Shown here piece by piece: positions 22,761 through 35,577 of a stretch of DNA of 64,000 bases. The position numbers and the translations under genes are program-made. Origin of the DNA: Mustelus asterias (Eukaryota); contig NC_135814.1 in assembly GCF_964213995.1 (NCBI RefSeq), forward strand, positions 14,942,001-15,006,000, given 5' to 3'. How positions within the stretch are numbered: the stretch's first letter is position 1; each line of letters starts with the position of its first letter. The notes under the pieces were generated by a model that was given only the letters and a program-made list of their open reading frames with translations, had not been told where the DNA came from and searched no databases.

Positions 22761-23800
22761 CTGGTGAAATTTAATGCAGAGGAATGTGAAGACAATATGA
22801 AATAAAGGATTTGATTCTTAAAGGGGTGCAGGGGGCAGAGGGACCTGGGTATACTTGGGGCAAATGGGGTCAAAGGTTCTGGGGAAAAACAGGGTTAAGC
22901 TATTGAATTAGATGATCAGCTGTGATCATAATGAATGGCGAGCAGGCTGGAAGGGCCAAATGGCCTCTTCCTGCTCCAATCTTCTATGTTTCTATGTATC
23001 AGTCCATTGGTCATTGGCGGTGACAGGACAAGTTGAGACAGTGGTTAATAAAACTTACAGAATCCTAGGACTGGATTTTCCACTCGCCCCCAAGACCGAA
23101 AATTCCCGCCCAGGATCAACAGACTTTTGCATGATCTGCCGAATTTCCTGTCCCGCCCGCTATGAATCCTGTGGTGGGTGGGACAGGAAAAGTCTGTCCC
23201 TAATCTTTTTTAATCAGAGCATAAAGCACAAGAGCTAGGAGGTTATGTTGAACCTGAATAAAACACTGGTTTGGTCTCAACTGGAATATCACGCCCATTC
23301 CACAATTTAGGAAGGATGTGATTAGAGAGTGTAAGAAAAGTTTCATGAGAATGGTTCCAAGGATAAGGAGCTTCAGTTACATCGATGAACTGTAGAAGTT
23401 CAGGCTGTTTGCCATGGAGAAAAGAAGGTTGAGGTTAAATTTGAAAGAGGTATTCAAATTCATGAGATGCCTGGACAGACTAGATAGGGCAAAGCTGTTT
23501 GCACTGGTGGGTGGATCAAGATTGAAAAGGCACAGATTTAAAGTTATTAAAATAAGAAGCAATGGAGACATGACGTAGCACGCAGTGTGTGGCTAAGGTG
23601 TGGAATGCTCTGCCTGAGGGTGTGGCGGAGGCAGAGTTCAATCAGGGCATCGATGAGGGAATTGGAATAATATCTGAAAAGGAAGAATGAACAGGGTTAT
23701 GAGGAGAAGCGGGTGTGTGGCATTAGGTATGCCGCTTGTCGGAGAGTTGGCGCAGGCACCGACAGGTATCTATGCTGTAACAATTCTGTGATTCTGTGAA
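22761..23800 (+). mobile_element. Old degenerate CR1 LINE (host of the Penelope insertion; begins at about 21040) with further small insertions
   Basis: gtgaaatttaatgcagaggaatgtgaa (VKFNAEECE), aaaacactggtttggtctcaactggaatat, CR1-type 3' end. Confidence 0.7.
23068..23201. mobile_element. Short Harbinger-like MITE
   Basis: Imperfect TIRs ggactggattttcc / ggaaaagtctgtccc; related to 30300-30425. Confidence 0.55.
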
Positions 23801-24561
23801 GTGCCATCACAATGCACCCTTCTCAATGACTCTGCTCATTTAAGTCACATAGATTTGAGGAACTAAACTATATACAGACATATATATTTAGTTAGAAGCC
23901 ACTGAAACCTAATAGTTTTCATCCAGCACCAAGCAATATGAAGATATTACATTTTTCAATTTCACAAATATGCAGGTTGTGTATTTCTGCCATTGACCTG
24001 CTCTGATTCTTTTTAGTTTCATTGTCAGGCACGGAGACAGAACCCAATGATAAAGAGCGAAGGTTAAAAAGAACAAATACTCAAATCTCACTTTATTGAA
24101 ATTCCACCTCCATTGTCAAAACTATTCCCCCCTAATGGAATGCAATTTCAATTGGCTTTTTAACTCCTCACATTGGAAAGGCAATTGTGCAAATAGCTGC
24201 TCAAAAGGCTACAGAAGAATGGAATTTTAACTGAATTCTGAATATAACTATTGATATAGAAATCCATGCTTCTAATTTCACTGAGCTGCAGCTATTTTTT
24301 TTGAAACATTATTTTTCGAAATCTTTAACTGAGACTCAGGAATTTGAAATGAGACGGAACAAATTGATTTAAAATACAAGGCCACCATCCATGGTGAAGG
24401 AGGGAAAGGCAGACGGGAATGGCTAAAAGGGAGGCGAGGAGAGATGTTTCAGCTCGCACCAGACATCCAAAGCCCATCTCCTTCTGATGAAGGGACAAGC
24501 AGGTAATGGTCTGCCCCGTTGCCACTGACCTGGAGGATGTGAGAGACACCCCATCCCGTAG

Positions 24562-24915
24562 TGGCATGGTAGCACAGTGGTTAGCACTGCTGCCTCACAG
24601 TGCCAGGGACTTGGGTTCAATAGCGGCCTTGGGTGATTATCTGTGCAGAGCTTGCACGTTCTTCCATGTCTGCGTGGGTTTCCTCTGGGTGCTCCAGTTT
24701 CCTCCCACACTCCAGCATATGTGCAGGTGGATTGGCCATGTTAAATTGCCCCTTAGTGTCCAAAGATATGTATGTTAGGGGGATTAGTGGGGTAAATGTA
24801 CGGGTTTACAGGGATAGAGCGGGGGAATGGGCCTGGGTTAGATGCGTTGTCGGAGAGTCGGTGCAGACTCAATGGGCTAAATGGCCCTCTTCTGCACTGT
24901 AGTGATTCTATGATT
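24562..24915 (+). mobile_element. Full-length HE1-type V-SINE
   Basis: Head, V-domain and tail present. Confidence 0.9.
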
Positions 24916-24929
24916 TGGTGATAAGCCGA

Positions 24930-25345
24930 CACCCTTCTCAGCTAGGCCCAGAAAAGCTATCAGAGTACATCGGCAGTAGCTGGAGCTCCCCAGTTGTGCT
25001 CGTGCATTAAGTACTGGAAAGTTGACCCCTCTGAAAGACTGCATAGAAAGGATAAGTAAAGCAGCTTACATTACAAAAGGAGATCCAATTGAGGGGTGTT
25101 GGCAGCTTCCCTTGATGGGACAGAAACCTCCGCCTTTGTAGCTCTGGCATGTTATGCCAGTGTCAAGTCATGATATTTGGACTCCCCAGTGCCCCAGCGA
25201 CGTTTCAAAGGCCAATGAACCAGGTAGTGGTAAACTTAGCCAATTGCGTAGTGTGCAACAACACCTGGGAAACTCGCTTAGAGCCACTGGAAGCTCTCTT
25301 CCAGAAAATGCAGTCTACTGGCCGAGTGGTCAATTGTGCAAAGAG
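24930..25345 (+). mobile_element. Gypsy-type LTR retrotransposon RT fossil
   Basis: DCIERISKAAYITK..GCWQLPL and VMIFGLPSAPATFQRPMNQV resemble Gypsy RT (MPFGL.NAPATFQRLMN). The YxDD segment appears deleted. Confidence 0.7.
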
Positions 25346-25349
25346 AAAA

Positions 25350-25470
25350 AATAAAAGCAAATTCTGTGGATGCTGGAAATCTAAAAATGCTGGAAAAATG
25401 CAGCAGGTCTGGCAGCATCTATGGAGAGAGAAATAGAGTTAACGTTTCATATCCGTATGACTCTTTTTCA
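25350..25470 (-). mobile_element. Short Penelope-derived element
   Basis: gatgctggaaatc...gcaggtctggcagcatctatggagagagaaatagagttaacgtttc. Confidence 0.6.
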
Positions 25471-25539
25471 GTGCTGCTTCATGGTGTCGACTGGACATGG
25501 AAAATTGCATTGATTTTATCCCTCTCTCACTTTCACATG

Positions 25540-26230
25540 ATCCATCTGCAACACTTCCTTCCCTTCCTTGATTTCTCTGTCTCCATTCCTGGTGATAGAC
25601 TAACTACCACCATTCATCACAAACCCAAAAACTCCCAAAGCTCCCTGAACTATAGCTCCTCACACCTTGCTTCCTGTAAGGATTCTACTGCATTCTCCAT
25701 CGCATCTGTTTCGATGATGTGACCTTCAAAGGAAATTATTCCGATGTTTCTGCCTTTTTCATTAACTGAGAACCCCCCAGCCCTCCACTCCCATATTCGG
25801 TCGTTTAAAGGGCACTCAACCATGTCTGACTCATCCCCCATATCTCTGTCCTCACTCCTTCACCTCCTCCCAGAATCATGTTGGGGTCTCCCTTGTCCTC
25901 ACATTTTACCCCACCAGCCTCCACATGCAAAGGATCATCCTCTGCCATTTTCGCCAACTCCCGCATGATGCAACCATGAGACACATCTCCCCTTCCCTCC
26001 CCCGTCAGCATTCCTGAGGGACCGCTCCCTCTGTGGCACCCTAGTCCACTTCTCCATTATCCCAACCACTCATCCCTTCCCCAAAGCACCTCCCCATGCA
26101 ATCACAAAGGATGCAGGATGCAACACCCGTCCCTTTACCTCCTGCCCCACCGCTCCTCTCCCCCCACCCCACTCATTGGCCAAGGCTTGCCTTTCGGTTG
26201 AAGTAGCATTTCACTTGCATTTTCTTTAAT
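25540..26230 (+). mobile_element. Degenerate Penelope-like RT/GIY-YIG fragment (second family)
   Basis: LPFLDFSVSIPGDRLTTTIHHKPKNSQSSLNYSSSH..CKDS matches the PLE LPFLD...YRKPT region. Confidence 0.75.
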
Positions 26231-26719
26231 TGGCTGAATGGCTTATTCCTGTTGTTATGTGACTTACATCTCAAAAGCAGTGAGTTTTCTTGGTAACTTC
26301 CTGATAAAACGGCCAATATATATTGTTATTAAGCACAACATTGACTTCCCTTTTGGTAGGAATCCAGGACCTTCAGAGTTTAGACTTGCACTTACAGTTA
26401 ATTACTGTTTTAAGCTCTTTATTGGGACAGAAGAATGTTTAACTAAGAGCAATGGCATATTCAATAATCTCATGAAATCAAAGTTTTGCTCTGGCCCTAA
26501 AAGTCTACTAGTATAAAGCACATTCCATCATTCAATATCATCATGGTTAATCGGTACCTCAACTCCATATACCCACTGTTGTTCCATATCCACTGTAGCT
26601 GAAACCAATGGAAATCTAGTGGTCTCAATCTTTAAAATTTCAATCGATCCTCCTCCATCCACTGCTTCAGTTTTTTGGGGAGGAGTGTTCCAGATTTATG
26701 CTATCTTGATGTTATTTTT

Positions 26720-26950
26720 TATTTATTTGTGGGACATGGGCATCGCTGGCTGGTCAGCATTTATTGCCCATCCCTTGTCGCCTGAAGGCAGTTGAGAGTC
26801 AACCACTTTGCTGTGGCTCTGAAGTCACATGTAGGCCAGACCAGGTAATGACGGCAGATTTCCTTCCCTAAAGGATGTTAGTGAACCAAATGGGTTTTTC
26901 CGACAATCGACAATGGTTTCATGGCCATCAGTAGATTCTTAATTCCAGAT
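26720..26950 (-). mobile_element. Meta-SINE-like SINE, 5'-truncated
   Basis: Core and tail match 2468-2800. Confidence 0.8.
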
Positions 26951-27250
26951 AGAGTGAAAAAAAGTATTTTCTGATCACACTCCTAAATGAGTGAACTCTG
27001 ACTTTGAGACTTTGGAACCTTCCTGATCAGATGAAATTTTCACCTTATTGAATCCATTTTCTATTTTAAACACCTCAGTTAAATCATCCATAGACTTTGT
27101 AAACCTTTGAAATATAAGCTAGGTTTATGCAATCAACCATCACAACTTAACCCTTTCAGCGCTGGTACCACTCTGGCAATACTGTGTTGTACTCTTTGCA
27201 ATGTTGATATTAAGAGGTACAATGCCCAAAAGTGAACAATGCACTCAAGG

Positions 27251-27568
27251 TAGAATCATAGAATCCATACAGTGCAGAAGGAGGCCATTCAGCCCATTGA
27301 GTCTGCACCGATCACAATCCCACCTGGGCCCTATCCCCATAACCCCACATATTTACCCTGCTAATCCCCCTGACACGAGGGTCAATTTAGCACGGCCAAT
27401 CAACCTAACCTGCACATCTTTGGATTGTGGGAGAAAACCCGGAGGAAACCCACACAGGCATGGGGAGAGTGTGCAAGCTCCACACAGACAGTGACCTGAG
27501 GCAAGAATTGAACCCAGGTCCCTGGCGCTGTGAGGCAGCTGTGCCAACCACTGTGCCACCATGCCACC
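27251..27568 (-). mobile_element. Full-length HE1-type V-SINE
   Basis: Head, V-domain and tail present. Confidence 0.9.
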
Positions 27569-27959
27569 CAGGCTCTCTACAACTGAAGAACCGCTCCCTC
27601 GCTATTGAATTCTAGGATCCTGGAGATAAAGAACGACATTCCACCAGCCTTTATGATTACTCTTTGAGCAGAATTTTGTACCCCCCCACCCCCGCCTCCC
27701 CTACCAGGAGCAGGTTGGCAGATGAGGGTGAGGGCAGGTGGGGATGAAGGCAGGTGTAGGTTGTGCCTGTCACCTACCCTGTCTCTGTTGGAATTTTAAA
27801 CAGTGGGTGGAAATGTATTGAGTCACCCACCTGCCCTTGCGCCAACTATGACCTACAAGTGGTCAATTAATCGCCATTGCTGATTCAGCATGAGCAACCA
27901 GCCAAGGAGACAACTGCAATCGGGATTAGACTGGCAGGGAGTTGTTTAAATGATGATAG

Positions 27960-28250
27960 ATTAGGAAATGTTGATGTTTAGGGCGGATCTGGATTTCCTT
28001 ATGTGGCAGTCGCTGAAGGCCAGCATGCTGGTACAGTGGACAGTTGGAGGATAAAGTGATTTGTTGATCTTTGTTACAGGAAGACTTGAGTACGGGAATG
28101 GGGATGTCTTATTGCGACTGTGCAGGGCCTTGGTGAGACCACACTGCACCTGGTGTGTTGTGTGCAGTTTTGGGCTCCTTGCCTGGGAAGGGATACATTT
28201 GCCATGGGGTGAGTGCAGCACATGTTCACCTGACTGATTCCTGGGATGGT
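27960..28250 (+). mobile_element. Degenerate CR1 fragment
   Basis: gggatgtcttattgcgactgtgcagggccttggtgagaccacac (DVLLRLCRALVRPH). Confidence 0.65.
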
Positions 28251-28261
28251 GTGATTAGAAG

Positions 28262-28765
28262 CATAGAAACATCGAAAAACTACAGCACAATACAGGCCTT
28301 TCAGCCCACAAAGTTGTGCCGAACATGTCCCTACCTTAGCGATTACTAGGCTTACCTATATCCCTCTATCTTACTAAGTTCCATGTACTTATCTAAAAGT
28401 CTCTTAAAAGACCCTATCGAATCCGCCTCCACCACTGTTGCGGGCAGCCCATTCCACTCACCCACCACCCTCTGAGAGAAAAACTTACCCCTGACATCTC
28501 CTCCGTACCTACTCCCCAGCACCTTAAACCTGTGTCCTCTTGTAGCAACCATTTCAGCCTTGGGAAAAAGCCTCTGACTATCTACTCAATCAATACCTCT
28601 CAACATCTTAGACACCTCTATCAGGTCACCCCTCATCCTTCGTCACTCCAAGGAGAAAAGGCCGAGCTCACTCAACCTATCCTCATAAGGTATGCTCCCC
28701 AACCCAGGCAACATCCTTGTAAATCTCCTCTACACCCTTTCTATGACTTCCACATCCTTCCTGTA
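28262..28765 (-). mobile_element. CR1 LINE 3' end
   Basis: ORF 28352-28552 TRGHRFKV...FFSQRVVGEWNGLP...FKRLLD. Confidence 0.9.
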
Positions 28766-28792
28766 ATTGTCGTATGTGGAGCGATTGAGTAA

Positions 28793-28885
28793 ACTTCAGG
28801 TGAAGAAGGGGCTTAAGGCTCCGAAAGCTTGTGTGGCTTTTGCTACCAAATAAACCTGTTGGGCTTTAACCTGGTGTTGTTAAAC
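28793..28885 (+). mobile_element. Penelope pLTR fragment with degenerate hammerhead
   Basis: gtgaagaaggggcttaaggctccGAAAgctt...gctaccaaataaacctgttgggctttaacctggtgttgt. Confidence 0.65.
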
Positions 28886-28889
28886 TTCA

Positions 28890-29420
28890 AGCTGAGAGAG
28901 ACAGCAGTGTTTTTCCCCCCTCTCTGGAGTTGGCGATTCTGTTGTCTGGGTGGTTGTTTTTGGACGCTGCCAGAGACTGGGTTTACTTCTCTGAAATTTT
29001 GCTGCTTTGAGCATATATCCTTCTTGAAAATGGCTGTCTTGGATTTCTGTCTATAGGCGTAACAAAGTTGAAAATCCAGTATCATGTGAGTATACTTGTC
29101 TTTGTGCTAAGTCTGAAGAAGGGTGTATGTCTGTGGGATGTTGCTTTACCTTGGAACAACAGAGATAGGAGTTAGGAGTTAGGAGTTACACTGCATCATG
29201 TTTAAGTCTTTTAATTGGTCAAAGTAATGCTAATTCTTTTTTATATCCTGACAGTGTTCTTAAATAAACTTTGATAAAAACTTGTGGGTCATTTGAATCA
29301 TATCTGGAGTGAAACACCGTATGCTCACCCCTGCCAAACTGAAATGTAAAACTTAGGGTCTAGGCTAACTTCACAAAACACCTTGAAGTTTATGGCCTGG
29401 ACCATAGCACAAAGCAATCT
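28890..29420 (+). mobile_element. LTR-like repeat (solo LTR remnant)
   Basis: 29285-29390 (ttgaatcatatctggagtgaa...tgtaaaa.ttagggtctagg) matches the reverse complement of 37040-37145. AATAAA at 29262. Confidence 0.5.
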
Positions 29421-30299
29421 GACATCATGCAAAACTTTAAATAAAATGATGGTACTGTGTTGGTGTATCTCCTGTGTTTATATGCAAGGAAGAAGCTCCC
29501 ATAACGGTAATGACTTTGGCAAAGGGAAGGATGCAAGCAAGGAATTATGAGGATGGAATGTTGGGAACTCCCAAAGTGATCATGTATGGTTGTAAGGGGA
29601 GTCATTGTAGGAAATGTGTTGATTGTGTTGGGAGACAATCATTGGGACCAATTGTGTTTCGAACAGCATGTATTATAACTCCAACTCGGAATGGATCAAG
29701 ATTTCAAAAGCTTCCTAGTGTGATTTTTAAGACCCTGAAAATGTCTGAAAAATTGAATGTGTACTTTAAATTATGATATAACACATATATATATGCTGTA
29801 ATTGCAGAGTTAGGTATATATATATGTATACCTAACTCAGCAATTATAACATCAGAAATTACATGCAAGGAAAGAGAATATATTTTCATGACAAAGCTCT
29901 GTTACTCCTGTACTTTGATTTTATTTCAAGGTGTCACTGGCTGTACATCAGAGTCAATTGTTGTATAGTATGATTCTCAAGGTGTTCAATAATGCTTTGG
30001 GATACCAGCAAATCATCACTCCCTCCATTACTTTCCCAAAGGCAATAAGCCATTTGTTGTAAAACTTTTAAGGCCTTCTTTAGAGGGGAATTTCAGTCAA
30101 CTATATCAAGCTGAATTTTCACAGAACTGTGGAAGTGGATCTGGAAGAAGGCATGCCAGGAATTTTGCGTTACCGGTCAGCCAACATGTTCTCACCTCCG
30201 GCGAATTTTGAGGAGGTGGTTTCCAGTGTGGGTGAGACTTACCCAACTGTTAGTGGCAGATAGTCAATTTGGTCAATTAAGGTGCTTATCGAGGCACCT

Positions 30300-30425
30300 T
30301 GGGCAGACTTTTCCCACCCCGCCTGCCACAAGAATTGTAGTGGGCAGGACAATCCATGCAAAAACCTGTTGACCTCAGACAGGATTTTCCAGCCTTGGGG
30401 CGAATGTGGCTGGAAAATCCCACCC
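30300..30425. mobile_element. Short Harbinger-like MITE
   Basis: Imperfect TIRs gggcagacttttcc / ggaaaatcccaccc. Confidence 0.55.
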
Positions 30426-30428
30426 ATT

Positions 30429-31417
30429 GGGTCTGATTTTACCATTGCGTCGCGCCCGTTTTCGGGCATGAAAACGTGGTAAAGTCGGGCATGAGGCCAT
30501 TAACACAATCTGCGCTCGCATCTGCGCAGATGGCCACTTTACCGAGGCCAGGGAATGGCCTCGGTAAATTTACATGCATTTAAATTGAATTAATGAACTG
30601 CCCCCCCAATTTTATCAGCATTTTCCCCTTTACCACCGTGTTCGCCAATCCGGAATCGGGCCGAAATGGACATGCAAAAGAAAAGTCAGTTTCGGGCACT
30701 CCAGCTGCTGAAGAGGTGAGTTCAGAGCTTCCAACAGCTCTCTGACTCAGATCGGTGGGGGGGGGGGGGGGGGGGGAGAAGGGCAGATCATTGTCTGGTT
30801 GAGGGGGGGGGGCGGGGGGTGTGGAGGGAGGCGGGCCAGATCATTCCCTGGTGAGGGGGTGGGGAGGGAGGAGGAGGCGGGTCAGATGTACCTCTGGGGG
30901 GGGAGGGGAGGGCAGAGTGAGGCCAGATCATTCTCTGGTTTGGTGGGGGGGCGAGGAGGGAGGTGGGTAAGATGTATCTCTGGTGGGGGGGAGGGATGGA
31001 GGCTAGATGGATCTCTGGTGGGGGGGATGGAAGGACTGCTGCCACTCTGCAGGCGATCGATGGGGGGGAAGGGGGCAGAGGGTCGCAATGGGTCTGGGTA
31101 GCAAAGGGGTGGGTGGATAAGGGGGACAGTGATGTTTGTGGGGTCCATCGCTCCCACTTTTCACTCCTGGGCCGCTTTCTCCATTTTTTGCGGCCCGGGA
31201 GCGATCTGACACGGGTGCGCTTTTTCAAATTTTTTTCTAACTGCGCATGCGCAGTTCAGAGCTCCGATCATTTCAGGCACGCTAAGCCTCGCCCACGGCG
31301 CGATTCAGACCCGCGATTTCTTTTGAGCTAAGTGCTAATGGGAGCGCCTGATTTCCAAGTCGGATCTGAATTGCGCCCAAATTCAGCCCTTAGAATGAAA
31401 ATGGTAAAATCGGGCCC
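30429..31417. mobile_element. GC/CpG-rich non-autonomous TIR transposon (Harbinger-like)
   Basis: 18-bp TIRs GGGTCTGATTTTACCATT (30429-30446) and AATGGTAAAATCGGGCCC (31400-31417), 16/18 match. G-rich internal subrepeats; no transposase. Confidence 0.75.
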
Positions 31418-31914
31418 TTTGTGTCAGATAGCAGAAGGCAAGAGTTAAATGTTTGTATAAATACAAATCTAACCTCAGGCCATCTGTCTCTTGGTGGTAA
31501 TGAATTATCAAAGACAGTACTGTCCCCTCCAGATTATGTTATTTTGAGTTGCTGGGCACATTGGATGGTGAAATTGTTGCTAACAATAATCCCTTGATGA
31601 AAAATATAAGTTATATTGTTTAATTTCGGACTTGCTGGAGTGCAGTGTGGTTTGAAGATCTAGAACTGCAGATTATAGGACAGATTTAATTATACTGCAG
31701 TTTGGTTCATGGAAAAACAAAGTACCAGCACCTCTTTTAAGGTGTAAATCTGTGAACAAAAGACTATTAACATTAAAACACATATGTGTCCAATATGCCA
31801 CCAAAGTGTTTTTTCGATCTGGCTTACAAAGCGAGGGTATGTATGGCGTATTTGAGAAAAAATATTGTTTTCACGCTTTTCTTTTCCTGCAGATCACCAA
31901 TTATTGTGGGGTGA

Positions 31915-32218
31915 CATGGAGGCATGGTGGTTAGCACTGCTGCCTCACAGCTCCATTCACCTGGATTTAATTCCCAACTTGGATCATTGCTTGTGTGGAG
32001 TCTGCACGTTCTTCTTGTGTCTGCATGGTTTTCTGCTGGGTTCTCCGGTTTCCTCCCACAGTCTGAAAGATGTGCTTGTTAGGTGCATTGGCCATGCTAA
32101 GTTTTCCCTCAGTGTACCCGAACAGGCGCCGAAGTGTGGCGACGAGGGGATTTTCACAGTAACTTCATTGCAGTGTTAATGTAAGCCTACTTGTGACAAT
32201 AATAAATAAACTTTAAAC
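31915..32218 (+). mobile_element. V-SINE with Rex1-like tail (type 2)
   Basis: V-domain plus gcctacttgtgacaataataaataaac tail. Confidence 0.88.
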
Positions 32219-32434
32219 TATATTGAAATCATGACTAGGTTATTCATAAAGGCCTTGACATTAGACTAATCTCTCAGTGGTTCTCACCTTCAAGCAATGT
32301 TTTCTTTTTGTCTGATTATTATTTTTCCTTTTCTATAAAGCTGATAACATGAGTGGAAATGATGGAACTTTAAAAAAAAATATCTTCAGGGATTAGCACC
32401 CCACACCCAAAGGCCACCAGAAAGATTCCATTTT

Positions 32435-32772
32435 TAAATTAATTCATAGGACATGGGTGCCACTGGCTGACTAGCATTTATTGACCATTATGAGCTGAGA
32501 GTCAACCACATTGCAATGGCTCTGGAACCATATGGAGACCACACCAGATAAGGATGGCAGATTTCCTTCCCTAAAGGACATTAGTGAACCAGATAGGTTT
32601 TTCCAACAATGGTTTCATGGTCATCAGTAGATTCTTAATTCCAGATATTCTTTACCATTAAATATGAAGTCCACTATCTGCCGTGGTGGGATTTGAACCC
32701 AGGTCCCCAGCACATTGGCTGAGTTTCTGGATTTATAATCTAACAACAATACCACTAGGCCATCGCCTCCCT
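32435..32772 (-). mobile_element. Meta-SINE-like SINE
   Basis: Full head, core and tail. Confidence 0.82.
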
Positions 32773-33729
32773 GATGTTACATTGAACAATTTGTCAGCTG
32801 TTAGACTCTTAAATGCATCAATGAGGGGTTTAATGCCAGTTTTAGGTCACCTCGCTAATTTTCAGTATTGTAGAGCTGAGAAGGTCACAGGGTTCTTATG
32901 CTGTTGCTAGGCAATTGCCACCTAAAGGTGAATGGTTTTTAATGTGTAACAAAACAAGTGCTGGTGAAGGATAGGAATCGCCCACTCCCTTCCCAATCCC
33001 GCTCCCACTCCATTGTTCTACTCCAGATAGCCAGGGGCTAAAGGATAGAACTGGAGCCTAGCGTTTTACACACTTCTTAGCTTTTATTCACAGATTTGCA
33101 TGTTGCACCTGCGAATCCAACCACCACAGTTTCAGTTTTCTCCTTTATATAGGGGCACAGCCGAATCCCGAAGTGATGCCCACAACCTGGATGCCTTCAG
33201 TTACTATACAATTAACATCCATTGCCCCTCCACGCTTGCTACTTCTTTGCGCCACCAATCTAAAACTAAAGTTATCAAAATGCACTAACTGTCTTTGGCC
33301 ATACCACCTGTACCAGCAGCCCACCCAATTAATGTCAACAGGACCTGAGGCTCAATTTCAGGAAAACCTCGACTCCTAGTCTGGGCACACAGTGAAATGT
33401 CACCATCATGTCCGATGCCAAGTGTCAATGCATTTCTACTTTCCACCTTTCCAACCCTAATGTGCAGAAAAGCACACCTGTGGATCAATGTAAATGCTTC
33501 CATCTCCCCAACAAGCATCCTTATCTTCTCCTCTGTAACATACTAAATTGCCAATTCAGTACCAAATTGTAAGCATGCTGTGCAGAAGATGACAGTGCTC
33601 AAAGTCAATTTTCTTAGAGCCCTTATATCCAGCAGAGACAGAAATAAATGTTATTCATTCTATGTTTGAGAATAGATGATTTTAAAAAACATTTTGTAGG
33701 GGAATATTTTGTTTTTTTTGTATAGAAGT

Positions 33730-35020
33730 GTGTGCGCGGGGGTGGTTCATGTGTATGTGTTTTGATTAAGCTGGAAAAGGTTGATCGAGATTTTTGTCTG
33801 GAAGAGTTGATGGGAAAAGGATAAAGGTGCTAGGTTCATGTATTTGTAAAGAGGCTTTCCTGGTAAAGTGGCTTTTAAGTAAACAGACAAACTTTAGACA
33901 TTTGCTTTGGGAGGGACTGAAAGATTTGTTGTTTGAAGTTTATTTATTAGTGTCACAAGTAGGCTTACATTAACACTGCAATGAAGTTACTGTGAAAATA
34001 CCCCAGTCGCCACACCCCGGCAGCTGTTCGGGTACACTGAGGGAGAATTTAGCATGGCCAAAGCACCTAACTAGCACGTCTCTTGGACTGTGGGAGGAAA
34101 CTAGAGCACCCAGAAGAAATCCAAGCAGACACAGAGAGAACGTGCAGATTCCGCACAGACAGTGACCCAAGCCAGGAATCGAACCAGGGTCCTTGACGCT
34201 GTGAGGCAGTGGTGCTAACCACTGCACCACCGTGCTACCTTGAGCTAATGGGAAAGGGATAAAGATGCTCGGTACATGTTAGGCATTCCTGGTCAAGTGG
34301 TTTGTAAGTAAATAGATTAAGTTTTGAAATTTGCTTTGGGAGATACCTAGAGACTTGTTCTTTTCAGCTGTTGAAGAGAAGTAAAACAAGCTCACAAAGG
34401 TTTAATTGGTAATCAAGGGAAGGTTATTAAATTTTATTTGACCTAAAAGTGGAGGCCATTAGAAAACATGAAAGATTTTTCATATTTTTAAAATGTTAAA
34501 TTCAAAGAAGTGCTGAGGATTAAGGAATCATGTATGAAAGGTAAGGCAGATATTTAAGGAGCAATGTTGAGGGTTGAGGGCTTGGGTTTGTGAGGGAGAC
34601 CTGCTGAAAACAGTAATGGTCTGGGAAAAGAGATTCAGTTTGAATTAGCCATCAGTCATGCCAGAAAAGCCTTGAAAAGCCATTATTACCGGATTTTTAT
34701 AGTTATCCATCTATAAGGGATTGTTGCCAGGATGGTGTTTATTTGTGGTGTTGACCAAGGAGGGATTCTTTTTGGCAGGATGTTTTGTAAGGCTAATTGT
34801 AACCCTGTAACCGTAATCTTGTGTGCCTAAGTTTCGCTTCTTCCTGTTAATAAACCTTCTACTTTTAATTCTAAAATTCTGAAAGTATTCCTGGATTTTG
34901 AGCTGCTGAGTTCAATGCATTTCCTTCTTGCTTTTAGAATAAAAATAAAGGTATTGCCGATGAGTCAATTTTCCCTCTGAGGCTTGGTTTGCTCAAAACT
35001 TAACATCTGCTGTGCTCAAA
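33730..35020 (+). mobile_element. LTR-like repeat interrupted by a type-2 V-SINE
   Basis: Purine/T-rich LTR-like composition, AATAAA at 34849 and an internal ~125-bp direct repeat. Family not identified. Confidence 0.35.
33936..34238 (-). mobile_element. V-SINE with Rex1-like tail (type 2)
   Basis: Full-length copy. Confidence 0.88.
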
Positions 35021-35577
35021 ACATGGGAGTCTGTACTGGATTCAACCCCAAGTACCTAACCTAATAGAATAGCGTCCTAATCCACTGTGCCAATTCCCAC
35101 TGGCATTTGTGATTCCTCTGATACCCTACATCATATCAACAGTTTCCAGTTTGCTGGTCCTCATCCTCTTCACTTACCAGAAGACCAGAAAATCACACCC
35201 AAGACAATCGGACCTTTGCCTGGTCCTGTCCCATCCATTACAATTCCTGTGGTAGGTGGGATGGGAAAATTCCGCCCCTGATGACTTATTTATTGTGAAT
35301 TTAACCAAAAGGTAAAGATTCTCTGACCTCTTTGCAAATGAGATGTTTTCTTAAAATGTGTATTTACAATCTCATTGAAGTTCCTTAGAAAATGTTTTCA
35401 ACATTAAATGTGGTAATTAAACAGAACCTATTCTTGCAGCTGTTACTATTATTTACATTAAAGCCTTCGAAAGTCACTCGCATTGTTCTTTGGTTGCAGT
35501 CGCACCTCAGATTCCCAGATATTGGAACTTCTGGTCATGGAATTGCTTCTGATCCATGACACAAAATGACAACACAA

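Noticed and set aside
30788-31331. Pro/Gly-rich ORFs here and at 46236-47046
   Set aside because: By-products of G/C-rich low-complexity sequence in non-autonomous TIR elements, open on both strands.
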